This document shows, piece after piece, positions 1 to 8,645 of a stretch of 26,825 bases of DNA. The stretch lies in NCBI GenBank assembly GCA_040389905.1, contig JAZJZK010000062.1, forward strand, positions 1-26,825, in the 5' to 3' direction. Under the pieces are notes generated by a model. The model worked only from the letters and a program-made list of their open reading frames with translations, searched no databases and was not told where the DNA came from. The translations under genes and the position numbers were made by a program. How positions within the stretch are numbered: the stretch's first letter is position 1; the number at the start of each line of letters is the position of its first letter. This stretch comes from Gemmatimonadota bacterium (GTDB lineage Bacteria; Gemmatimonadota; Gemmatimonadetes; Gemmatimonadales; Gemmatimonadaceae).

Positions 1-2
1 CC

Positions 3-89
3 GGACAGGTGGCTGAGTGGTTGAAAGCACCGGTCTCGAAAACCGGCGTACCCGCAAGGGTATCGTGAGTTCGAATCTCACCCTGTCCG
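3..89 (+). tRNA. tRNA-Ser(CGA)
   Basis: Acceptor stem GGACAGG(3-9)/CCTGTCC(82-88), discriminator G89, anticodon stem CCGGT/ACCGG with loop CT-CGA-AA, long variable arm, GTTCGAATC T-loop; CCA not encoded. Confidence 0.97.
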
Positions 90-118
90 TTGTATGTGGC
101 AGCACGGAACATCTAAAG

Positions 119-153
119 GCGCGCTGGTTCGGCGAATGGAGCCGCCAGCGCGC
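119..153 (+). other. Inter-tRNA spacer hairpin
   Basis: GCGCGCTGG(119-127) is the exact reverse complement of CCAGCGCGC(145-153). Confidence 0.5.
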
Positions 154-162
154 TTGACTGTT

Positions 163-249
163 GGATCGGTGGCCGAGTGGTTTAAGGCGCACGCCTGGAA
201 AGTGTGTGTACGTGAAAGCGTACCGTGAGTTCGAATCTCACCCGATCCG
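163..249 (+). tRNA. tRNA-Ser(GGA)
   Basis: Acceptor stem GGATCGG(163-169)/CCGATCC(242-248), G249, anticodon loop CT-GGA-AA (GGA 197-199), long variable arm, GTTCGAATC T-loop; CCA not encoded. Confidence 0.97.
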
Positions 250-303
250 TTGCAGAAGTACCCTCATTGTGTTGATCAACATAGGCTTAGCTCGCTCGCT
301 GTT

Positions 304-340
304 CGGCGCCGTGACTCGCAGAGTCCGGCGCCGTTTTGTT
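304..340 (+). terminator. Intrinsic terminator of the tRNA-Ser pair
   Basis: CGGCGCCG-T-GACTC-GCA-GAGTC-CGGCGCCG hairpin followed by TTTTGTT. Confidence 0.75.
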
Positions 341-521
341 CGGTGCATACGCTACGTGTACGATTGCTCATCGCTAAACGGTCCCGCTCGCGCTTCAGGC
401 ATTGAGCACACACCAGCCTCTTGAATATTGGCGGCACAATCCGCGTACGATTGCCTTCTCAAGTCCCCGAAGCGCCGCGCGGAATTCCAGCACGCCGATT
501 TCTGCACAAGGCAAACGCTTC

Positions 522-705
522 ACCGCAGAGGACCCAGAGGCCATGGGCACCCAGAGCAATCTACGATGCGCCGGACCGCAGAGGTCGCTGAGGACTACGA
601 GAACAGAACCAAACCCCCACCGCCGTTCCGCAGTCCTTTGCGCCCTCTGCGGTCCGGCGCATTGATGAAGGCACGGAAGGCCGAACCCTCTGCGTCCTCT
701 GCGGT
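522..705. repeat. Nested ACCGCAGAGG-type inverted-repeat elements (family A)
   Basis: Outer arms 522-540/687-705 are 18/19 complementary and inner arms 566-596/632-662 are 28/31; same motif as 26171-26306. Confidence 0.85.
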
Positions 706-1038
706 ACGCTTTGCTTTTGCTGTTCGGCAAGCGACAGGCGAGAGCAAACCCGAGGCACCTCGGGCGACGTTGGATCATCGGCCGTGCCATCGGAGAAATG
801 TTGGCCGGCGGAGCGCCACACCGCGAGCCGATACAGGAACGCGCCCAGAGACCAGAACCGTCCCGGCTCCCGCGCCGCGTAGGAGGGGCCAGCCTACAAG
901 CCCGGTTCCTCGCTGAGGACTGTCGTCCACGCGTGCTCATTCCAATTCTGGAATGAAGGGCTGTGGGAGGGTGATCGCGAGCGGCGGGGGGCCGGCTTGC
1001 GCGGGATCACGTCGCGACGCGGAGATGCGTCGGCCACG

Positions 1039-1918
1039 GGCGGGCCGTTATGCGGAAACGCCTCGACCCTCGAAGCCGGCACGGCAACGCTCAATTCGCG
1101 TTGTAGTGCGCTGCACAGTGCCGGGAGGACGATGTTTGACTGAGAAACGGTAGCCGACGGCCCACGGACGCCCGTGCGCATACAACGAACGGCCAAATCA
1201 CCTTCTCGAGCGACAGTGCAACGCGCACAGCCTCGTGTTGGCGGCGCGAGACTGACCGTTCCCAATAAGCGGCCGGCATGTCGCACTTCCCAACTACCCG
1301 TGGGCGAAGCACAGGGGCCAGGTTGCTCGCGCGAGACGACCATGCGCGACGATCACGTCGCCATTCCGAACGCGCGACTCGATGTTCGCGACGCACGACC
1401 ATGCTGGTCATGCATGCGGAGGACCGTTTTGGATGAATGACACGAGTGAATCTCCGGCAAGGGCTGCGTCTGTACGTCGCGAACGCGCTGTCTGCGCAGG
1501 CGAGACAGTGTCATCGTCGCGCGAGTCAACGATTCACAGTGATGATCGAATTACCCACGGTCGCGGCCGACTTCTCCGCGCACATGTTCACATTTCAGTT
1601 GCGAACGCTCTGATTTGCCGGGGGAAGGATGTCGTTTGCAATGCCCGAGTGCAGAATGCCGATGGCTGTGGCCACGTTGCCCCGTCGTCTGTCGCTTTTC
1701 GTCGCCTCCGTGCGCGCGTTGCGCGCGCGAATGCCAGCGTTTGCGGCGCGCGAGTTGTCCTTTCATATGAAAGTGCGCGATTCAGAACCGCTCGCGACGG
1801 GGTGCGCAGCGCCCGCGTCCACAATGCAACCGCCGGTGACGGCCTTGCCTCGCGAGGCATCGAGTTCTCCGGCGTGATGAATCACAATACGCAGTGCGCG
1901 CGTCATTTCACGCAGGGC
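1039..1918. repeat. Degenerate 21-nt-periodic tandem array (~42 units, possibly starting near 913)
   Basis: Cut by hand into 21-nt units (register 1039+21n to 1522, one 19-nt unit, then 1541+21n): T at unit position 11 in 31 of 42 units; conceptual heptads x-x-x-[VILF]-x-x-[AG]. Confidence 0.75.
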
Positions 1919-2299
1919 GGGCTCACCCCACGCGGAGCCAGTGAGAAAGTACCCGGACCGGCGGTGACGGTCCGCTGGTAGACATTCGGCTTCCGCAGTG
2001 GCCGCATCGCGTCACGTGAGCGCTGACTCGGCTCACCCGAACCGTGGCCCGCCGCACGACTTCGTACCGAGAGCTAACGCAGCCCCACACCTGCCTCACG
2101 CGTCCCGCCTGTCAGCACACCAAGGTGGCGCCCCGGGCCACCGGCTACGCACGCGGTGAAACCCAGTGCACCGGCGCCCGTACTCTCTTCTGCGACCATC
2201 GCACCACCTGCGCGCATCCAGCACGCCGGTCGCGCCCGACGTCGGGCTCTTCGTTCCGACCCGCGTGCCAGAGCTGACACGCCAAATCGGGAGCATGAC

Positions 2300-2968
2300 A
2301 TGGATGACCGAAAGAAGCGAGTGCTCGAATCCTGGAGGCGGATCGTCGGCAGCGGTGCATCACTGTCGACTCTCGCGCCGGAAGTTCCGGCCATCCTCGA
2401 GCGGCTCGCGAGCACCGTGGCAGAGATCGACATGTACAAGCAGCAGCAGTTCATGGCCCGAAAGCTCTTGCTTGTAACACACACGCGACGCGCCCTCGAC
2501 CGCATGCGCACGGAGCACATGCTCCCACTCGCTCGTCTCACACGTCCGCTCTTCGTGGGCATGAGCGGCATCGAAGCCGCGATCCGCGTTCCGCACAAGC
2601 GCGCTCCGACCGAAGAAATTCTCGCCGCCGCCGAGGCGATGGTGAAGGCACTGCGGCCACATCGGGAGCTGATTGCGAAGTCGAAGATCGATCCTACCCG
2701 TATCGATTGCATTCGCGATGAAACGCGACTCCTCAAGAAGCGCTTTCGGACGGCCTACGCCGCCTCCGCCGATCGCGGCGCGCCGACTCGACAATTGCCG
2801 GCCCTCTTTGCGTCAGCGCGGATGGATGTGGCCATGCTGGACGCGCTGGTCCGCGCAACGAGCGACGCCGCGCAAGTGTTCCTGTGGAAGCAGCTCTCCC
2901 GCGTACAGAAGCGCCTCGGTCGCCCGCGCCGTAAGCGTGGTACCAACAAGCGCGAGCAGGCCGCCTAG
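2300..2968 (+). CDS. Hypothetical alpha-helical, basic protein (222 aa)
   Basis: ATG 2300 preceded by GGGAG (2289-2293); GC3-biased codons; amphipathic helical sequence ending in KRLGRPRRKR. The longer ORF start at 2156 is judged spurious. Confidence 0.8.
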   Translation: MDDRKKRVLESWRRIVGSGASLSTLAPEVPAILERLASTVAEIDMYKQQQFMARKLLLVTHTRRALDRMRTEHMLPLARLTRPLFVGMSGIEAAIRVPHKRAPTEEILAAAEAMVKALRPHRELIAKSKIDPTRIDCIRDETRLLKKRFRTAYAASADRGAPTRQLPALFASARMDVAMLDALVRATSDAAQVFLWKQLSRVQKRLGRPRRKRGTNKREQAA

Positions 2969-3187
2969 AACTGTCGCGACTCGCAACCGCGGCCACTGTG
3001 ACCGACTCCGTTCGCCCTGGCGTCGTGGCTCACGCGATGGTAGCCTGTCGCCGCCGGCCATGCCCGAACTCGCGTGAGGAGACGCGTGGATCGACCGCGT
3101 CGAGCTCATGGTGCCGAGGTCGGACAAGCGGCCTGACCAGCCTGGCAATTAGACTACGGCGAGCGACCTCCATCCGATCCGTGAACT

Positions 3188-3979
3188 GTGAGTTTTCTCG
3201 AAGGTATTGACCGGCCGGTCGTCGCCCACCGCGGCAACCGCGCACACGCGCCCGAGAACACCATCGAAGCGTTCGAGCGGGCCTTGACCCTCGGACCCGA
3301 TGCGTTGGAGTTCGACGTGCGCCTCTCGCGCGACGGCGTGGCGATGGTCATTCACGACGCTACCGTCGATCGAACGACCAGCGGCGCGGGCGCCGTCGCC
3401 TCGCTGTCGCGCCAGGAACTTCAGTCCTTCGACGCGGGCTGGTCGCACCGCTCCCCGGACGGCGAGCAGAGATTCCGCGAGACAGGCGTCACGATCCCCA
3501 CGCTGGAAGCAACACTCGAAGCCCTCGGCCACGTTCCACTCATCATCGAGGTCAAGGAAGAACGAGCCGTCGCGGAAACAAAGCGCCTGTTGGCGCGTTT
3601 CAACCTGACGGCACGTGTGCTCATCGGGTCGGTGCACCGAAATGTCATGCAGCACTTCTACGGCGGTCCGTACGAGACGTGTGCGTCGATGAAGGATGCG
3701 GCGCTGCTGCTCACTCGCATCGGGTGGCGCCGGACACGGTCACGGCCGCCGTTTTCCGTGCTCTCCATCACGCCGTGGTACGAGGCCGCGGTTCCGTTCC
3801 CCGTGCCTGTCGTCACCCTGTCGCGCATCGCCGCGGACCTCGGCATTCCGACGCACGTGTGGACGATCAACGACCCCGTGCAGGCGAGTCGTCTGTGGCG
3901 CGCCGGGATCTCCGCGATCCTGTCGGACGACATTGAGCCGATCATGCAGGCGCGTGCGGCGGCAGAACGAACGCGCTAG
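3188..3979 (+). CDS. Glycerophosphodiester phosphodiesterase (GDPD, UgpQ/GlpQ family), no signal peptide
   Basis: AHRG...PENT...LEFDV...DG...IHD...DRTT and IEVK motifs, HVWTIN near the C-terminus. Confidence 0.92.
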   Translation: MSFLEGIDRPVVAHRGNRAHAPENTIEAFERALTLGPDALEFDVRLSRDGVAMVIHDATVDRTTSGAGAVASLSRQELQSFDAGWSHRSPDGEQRFRETGVTIPTLEATLEALGHVPLIIEVKEERAVAETKRLLARFNLTARVLIGSVHRNVMQHFYGGPYETCASMKDAALLLTRIGWRRTRSRPPFSVLSITPWYEAAVPFPVPVVTLSRIAADLGIPTHVWTINDPVQASRLWRAGISAILSDDIEPIMQARAAAERTR

Positions 3980-4013
3980 ATCGTCGCCACGCTGATGCTA
4001 CGCTTTTTCACGA

Positions 4014-4041
4014 TGTCACCCTGAGCGAGCTCGGGATGACA
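4014..4041. repeat. Minimal (internally deleted) TGTCA...TGACA palindrome (family B)
   Basis: TGTCACCCTGAGC-GA-GCTCGGGATGACA matches the termini of the copies at 11861-11976 and 13928-14026. Confidence 0.7.
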
Positions 4042-4087
4042 AGTGACAGAGTTCCTTTTCGCGGCGTGCCCGGCGATATTAACCGAC

Positions 4088-4630
4088 ATGCCCGATCGCC
4101 ACTCCATCGTTCTCGACGCTCGTGCCATGGACCGCACCCTTCGTCGCATGGCCGATGAGATCGTCGAGCTCAACGATGGTACCGACGACCTCATCATCGT
4201 GGGAATTCAGCGCCGCGGTGTCCAACTCGCGGCGCGTATCGTATCCTCCATTCGCGACCGCGAAAAGGCGGAGGTCCCGTCCGGCGCGCTCGACATCACG
4301 CTCTATCGCGACGATCTCCAAACGGTCGGGCCGAGACCGGTTGTTGGCCCGACCGACTTGCCATGGGGAATCGACGGCAAGCACGTCGTGATCGTCGACG
4401 ATGTGCTCTACACGGGCCGCACCATCCGGGCCGCGCTCGATGAGCTGGCTGACTTTGGCCGTCCGCGCTGTATCTCGCTCGCGGTATTGATCGATCGCGG
4501 GGGGCGGGAACTGCCGATCCAGCCCGACGTGGTCGGCAAGAAGATCAAGGTCGAGCGGAATCAGCGCGTGGATGTGCACGTGACCGAGCTGGATGAGAAA
4601 GACGCCGTCACCATCGCGGAGCGCGAGTGA
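4088..4630 (+). CDS. pyrR: Bifunctional pyr regulator / uracil phosphoribosyltransferase PyrR
   Basis: [35 protein letters not shown] motifs; directly upstream of pyrB; start moved to ATG 4088. Confidence 0.95.
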   Translation: MPDRHSIVLDARAMDRTLRRMADEIVELNDGTDDLIIVGIQRRGVQLAARIVSSIRDREKAEVPSGALDITLYRDDLQTVGPRPVVGPTDLPWGIDGKHVVIVDDVLYTGRTIRAALDELADFGRPRCISLAVLIDRGGRELPIQPDVVGKKIKVERNQRVDVHVTELDEKDAVTIAERE

Positions 4631-5592
4631 GGGCCGGAGCGCTGGGAAAGGATCTGCTCGGATTGGAGCAGCTCTCCAGCGACCAGATTCGACTTATTCT
4701 CGATACTGCGGAACCGTTCAAGGAGATCAGCGAACGCGCCATCAAGAAGGTGCCGACGCTCCGCGGCTCGACTATCGTCAATCTCTTCTTCGAAGCGTCG
4801 ACGCGCACGCGCGTGTCTTTCGAGTTTGCGCAAAAGCGGCTGTCTGCGGATACGGTCAACGTCGCCGCATCCGGCTCGAGTGTCAGCAAAGGCGAGACGC
4901 TCGTCGACACGGCGCGCAATCTCGAGGCGATGCGCATCGACATGGTAGTGATTCGTCACCACGCGTCCGGTGCGGCGCAGTTTCTTGCCGAGCGAATCGA
5001 GTCGAACGTGATCAACGCCGGCGACGGCACGCACGAGCACCCCACCCAGGGGCTACTCGACATGCTCACGCTGCGGGATCATTTCAAGCGCCTCGACGGA
5101 CTCAAGATCTGCATCTGCGGCGACGTGCTGCACTCGCGCGTCGCACGCTCGAACATCTGGGGATTACAGAAGATGGGCGCCGAGGTCGCCGTCTGCGGAC
5201 CGCGCTCACTGCTGCCCAACGCGATCGATGAGTTTGGCGTCACGGTCTTCGATCACATCGAGGATGCGATTCAGTGGGCGGATGCGCTGAACGTCCTTCG
5301 GCTGCAACTCGAGCGCATGGAGAAAGGCTACATCCCGTCGCTACGCGAGTACAACCGCGTCTTCGGTGTGTCCCGCGACCGTCTGGAAAAGGCGCCGCGC
5401 GACGTATTGATTCTGCACCCCGGCCCGATGAACCGCGGCGTCGAGATCGACTCGGACGTCGCAGATGGCCCTCACAGCGTAATCCTGAATCAGGTGACGA
5501 ACGGCGTGGCAGTGCGGATGGCGGTGCTTTATCTCCTCGCAGGTGGCCGGCCCGAGTTGGCGGAAGCCGCGAAGGGTGGAGGCGGGCGATGA
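4627..5592 (+). CDS. pyrB: Aspartate carbamoyltransferase catalytic subunit
   Basis: [30 protein letters not shown] motifs; GTGA overlap with pyrR. Confidence 0.97.
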   Translation: MRAGALGKDLLGLEQLSSDQIRLILDTAEPFKEISERAIKKVPTLRGSTIVNLFFEASTRTRVSFEFAQKRLSADTVNVAASGSSVSKGETLVDTARNLEAMRIDMVVIRHHASGAAQFLAERIESNVINAGDGTHEHPTQGLLDMLTLRDHFKRLDGLKICICGDVLHSRVARSNIWGLQKMGAEVAVCGPRSLLPNAIDEFGVTVFDHIEDAIQWADALNVLRLQLERMEKGYIPSLREYNRVFGVSRDRLEKAPRDVLILHPGPMNRGVEIDSDVADGPHSVILNQVTNGVAVRMAVLYLLAGGRPELAEAAKGGGGR

Positions 5593-6887
5593 TGCGCGAT
5601 GTCCTGCTGACCGGCGGTCGCATCGTCGACCCCTCGCAGCGTCTCGACGAGATCGGCGATGTGCTGATCTCCAACGGTACAGTCGAAGCCATTGGGCGTC
5701 TTGGCGAGATTCGCCGTGATGGTGATGCGCTGGACACCATCGACTGCGGCGGCCGCATCGTGTCGCCTGGCTTCATCGATGTGCACTGTCACCTGCGCGA
5801 GCCGGGCCGCGAAGAGGTGGAGACGATCGCGACGGGCGCACGCGCGGCGGCAGCAGGCGGCTTCACCGCGGTCTGCGCCATGCCCAACACCGACCCCGTC
5901 ACTGACAATCAAGCCGCGGTCGGTTTCATCATCAGTCAGGCCAAGAAGGCCGGCGGCGCACGCGTCTATCCCATCGGGGCCATCTCGATTGGCGAGATGG
6001 GGGAGACGCTCGCGGAGTTCGGTGAAATGGTCGCCGCGGGTGCGGTCGCCGTCAGCGACGACGGCAAGCCCGTCGCGAGCGCACAGCTGATGCGCACGGC
6101 GCTCGAATACGCGCGGACGTTCGGCATTCCGGTCGCGGACCATTGCGAAGAGCCGACGCTCGCGCACGGTGGCGCCATGAACGAAGGGCTGATGAGCGCA
6201 CGACTCGGCCTCAAGGGCATTCCGGCCGAGGCAGAAGAGATCATGGCGATCCGCGACATTCTTCTGGCGCGCCGTACCGGTGGGCATATCCACCTCTGCC
6301 ACATGAGCACCAAAGGGTCCGTCGAGCTGATTCGCTGGGGCAAGGAGCGAAACATCAACGTGACCGCAGAAGTGTGTCCGCATCATCTCTCGCTGACTGA
6401 AGAGCATGTCGAGGGCTACAACACCAACGCCAAGATGAACCCGCCGTTACGATCGGCGGAGGATGTCGCGGCCTTGCAGCAAGCGGTGAAGGACGGCACG
6501 ATCGATGTCATTGCGACCGATCATGCGCCGCATCATTACGACGAGAAGGAGCGCGAGTTCGCGGACGCACCGAATGGCATCGTGGGGCTGGAGACGGCGC
6601 TGGCGGTAAACCTGACCTGGCTCGTCCATTCGGGTATCATGGACGTACCGCTCCTGATCGAGCGCATGGCGTGTGCGCCGGCGCGGTTGTTCAAGCTGCC
6701 AGGCGGCACACTGCGCCGTGGCGCGCGCGCCGACGTCACTGTGTTCGATGCGGACGTGACATGGACGGTCGATGCGTCGCACTTTCGGTCGAAGGGACGG
6801 AACACGCCGTACGCCGGCATGGATCTCCGCGGACGCGTGGACGCCACGCTCGTCGATGGGCGCGTCGTCTATCGGCGAGTGGTCTGA
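5589..6887 (+). CDS. pyrC: Dihydroorotase (long type I, metal ligands intact)
   Basis: [43 protein letters not shown] overlap with the pyrB stop sets the start at 5589. Confidence 0.96.
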   Translation: MMRDVLLTGGRIVDPSQRLDEIGDVLISNGTVEAIGRLGEIRRDGDALDTIDCGGRIVSPGFIDVHCHLREPGREEVETIATGARAAAAGGFTAVCAMPNTDPVTDNQAAVGFIISQAKKAGGARVYPIGAISIGEMGETLAEFGEMVAAGAVAVSDDGKPVASAQLMRTALEYARTFGIPVADHCEEPTLAHGGAMNEGLMSARLGLKGIPAEAEEIMAIRDILLARRTGGHIHLCHMSTKGSVELIRWGKERNINVTAEVCPHHLSLTEEHVEGYNTNAKMNPPLRSAEDVAALQQAVKDGTIDVIATDHAPHHYDEKEREFADAPNGIVGLETALAVNLTWLVHSGIMDVPLLIERMACAPARLFKLPGGTLRRGARADVTVFDADVTWTVDASHFRSKGRNTPYAGMDLRGRVDATLVDGRVVYRRVV

Positions 6888-6891
6888 CGGC

Positions 6892-7566
6892 GTGCGCGCC
6901 GAGTTTGCGCGCGGCATCGTTAGCGTATGTCGGCGCCTCTATGACGCTGGACTGATCGCCGGCCAGGATGGTAATGTGAGCGTGCGCCTTCCGTCGGACA
7001 CGCTGTTGGTGACGCCGGCGGGGGCCAGCAAGTGCGACGTTACGGAGCGTGATCTCATCGAGCTGACCCTAAACGGTGAAAAGGTCAGCGGTGCCGGGTC
7101 GGCATCGTCAGAAATCCTGATGCACCTTCGGATTTACGCGCGTCGTCCGGACGTGCGAGCGGTTGTGCACGCACACCCCCCGACGGCGACGGGATTTGGT
7201 GTCGCAGGTCACGATCTGATGGACGATATCTTGCCTGAGGCTATCTTCTCACTGGGCGGCGTGCCCCTCGTGCCGTATGCGACACCGGGCACGCCAGCGT
7301 TGAGCGATGCGATGGAGCCGTTTCTCGCAAATCACGACGGATTCCTGCTGGCAAATCACGGAGCGACGACGGTGGGACCCACGCTGCAACTGGCGCATCA
7401 ACGAATGGAGAGTCTCGAGCACGCGGCGCGCATTCTGGTCGTCGCGCGGTCGCTTGGACGCGTCAACGCGCTGTCCGCATCGGATGGAGACGTGATTCGA
7501 GCGGCTCGCGCGGCTGCGCGTCGTGCGAGGGAGCTGGGAACTGTAGACGGCAGGGGGGACCGATGA
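6892..7566 (+). CDS. Class II aldolase/adducin family protein (FucA/MtnB-like fold)
   Basis: GNVSVR, LVTPAG, SSEILMH, VVHAHP, LLANHG Zn-binding motifs; start uncertain (GTG 6892 or ATG 6856). Confidence 0.9.
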   Translation: MRAEFARGIVSVCRRLYDAGLIAGQDGNVSVRLPSDTLLVTPAGASKCDVTERDLIELTLNGEKVSGAGSASSEILMHLRIYARRPDVRAVVHAHPPTATGFGVAGHDLMDDILPEAIFSLGGVPLVPYATPGTPALSDAMEPFLANHDGFLLANHGATTVGPTLQLAHQRMESLEHAARILVVARSLGRVNALSASDGDVIRAARAAARRARELGTVDGRGDR

Positions 7567-8633
7567 AGAAAGAGGAGAATCGCCGCGAACCGACCGGCGC
7601 CGCCACGGTGCTCGGCGCCGTCACGGCATTGATCGACGAGCGGAAGAAATTCGAGGAGTGGATCGCCGGGCTGGATGCGAAGCGCGATGCCACCCCGGAC
7701 CATGTGTTCCGGCGCGTGCACGCGGACTACGCCACTCGGCTCGATGTGGTGGTTCGGCAGCTCGAGTCCCACGCCGATGCGCTTCGCCGGGAGCTCGAGG
7801 CGCTGACCAATCGTTCCGTGGCACTCGAGGAGTCTCGCCAGCAGGCGCTCGATACGAGGGCAGAGTCTGCCCTTCGCGCGCACGTGGGCGAACTGAGCAG
7901 CGAGCAGTGGACCACGCTCGCTGCGGCAAGTGACGCCCAACTCGCCGACCTCGCCTCACGCCAGGCCGAGGTCGAGCGCGAGGTCGGGAAGACGCAGCGG
8001 CTGTTAGCCGAGGCGGAGCGTCCGGCCGCCCTGTTGCCGCCGGTGATTACCGTTGACCCCGGCGACTCTGTGCCGCTGGTGGCGGAGACACCTGTCGCTG
8101 AGGTCGAAGAGGTCGCAAGCGAGCCGGTGGTCGAACCGTTGCCGCCAGTTGTGGCTCCAATACCGGAAGCGATTGCATCATCGCCGCCAGCGATCAGGAT
8201 TTCGCGGGGCGCTGAGCAGCAATCGCTCGGCATCGAGACGCCTCCAAGGGTCACGCCGCCGCCGCTTCCACCGCGGGAGTCGATGCACACGCCGCGTTCG
8301 AGCAAGTTCGACGAGCTAGCGTTCCTGAGCTCCGTCGTCGATACGCCTGCCGGGTCTGTCGATCCAGCGCCAGCGGACCAGGCCGACGAGCGGACGCGTC
8401 GCGACACCTTTGCGAGCCGTGGGAAGGAGGAGTCGATCGTGAACCTGACCGGCACCAATTCCGCGCCGGTCGACAAGCCACCGCAGGCGTATGAGAAGGA
8501 GGGCGACCCCCTTCTGGCGGGCACCGCGCCGCTCGACGGTGCCAAGACACTCAAGTGTGGCGACTGCGGCGCGCTCAACTACCCCACGGAGTGGTACTGC
8601 GAGCGCTGCGGAGCGGAGCTGGCGTCGTTGTAG
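7563..8633 (+). CDS. Hypothetical protein: N-terminal coiled coil, Pro/Glu-rich linker, C-terminal Zn ribbon
   Basis: ATGA overlap with the aldolase stop; C-terminal CGDC-x10-CERC. Confidence 0.85.
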   Translation: MKKEENRREPTGAATVLGAVTALIDERKKFEEWIAGLDAKRDATPDHVFRRVHADYATRLDVVVRQLESHADALRRELEALTNRSVALEESRQQALDTRAESALRAHVGELSSEQWTTLAAASDAQLADLASRQAEVEREVGKTQRLLAEAERPAALLPPVITVDPGDSVPLVAETPVAEVEEVASEPVVEPLPPVVAPIPEAIASSPPAIRISRGAEQQSLGIETPPRVTPPPLPPRESMHTPRSSKFDELAFLSSVVDTPAGSVDPAPADQADERTRRDTFASRGKEESIVNLTGTNSAPVDKPPQAYEKEGDPLLAGTAPLDGAKTLKCGDCGALNYPTEWYCERCGAELASL

Positions 8634-8645
8634 AATGTGGCGGGT

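Noticed and set aside
161..424. 87-aa ORF over the second tRNA
   Set aside because: It overlaps a clear tRNA-Ser gene and its terminator.
395..956. Several 80-180 aa ORFs on both strands
   Set aside because: They translate palindromic repeats, have no recognisable motifs and are expected by chance in GC-rich DNA.
1039..1918. CRISPR array interpretation of the periodic tract
   Set aside because: There are no identical repeats separated by unique spacers, the period is too short, and no cas genes are present.
1382..1981. 199-aa ORF as a normal protein-coding gene
   Set aside because: It covers only part of the periodic tract, enters the heptad register only at ~1541, and has atypical T-ending codons; reported as part of the array instead.
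2156..2299. 48-aa N-terminal extension of the orphan protein
   Set aside because: It is low-complexity, overlaps predicted RNA stems, and a good SD precedes ATG 2300.
225..3187. Intact tRNA-integrated genomic island
   Set aside because: No integrase gene, and I found no duplicated tRNA 3' end downstream.
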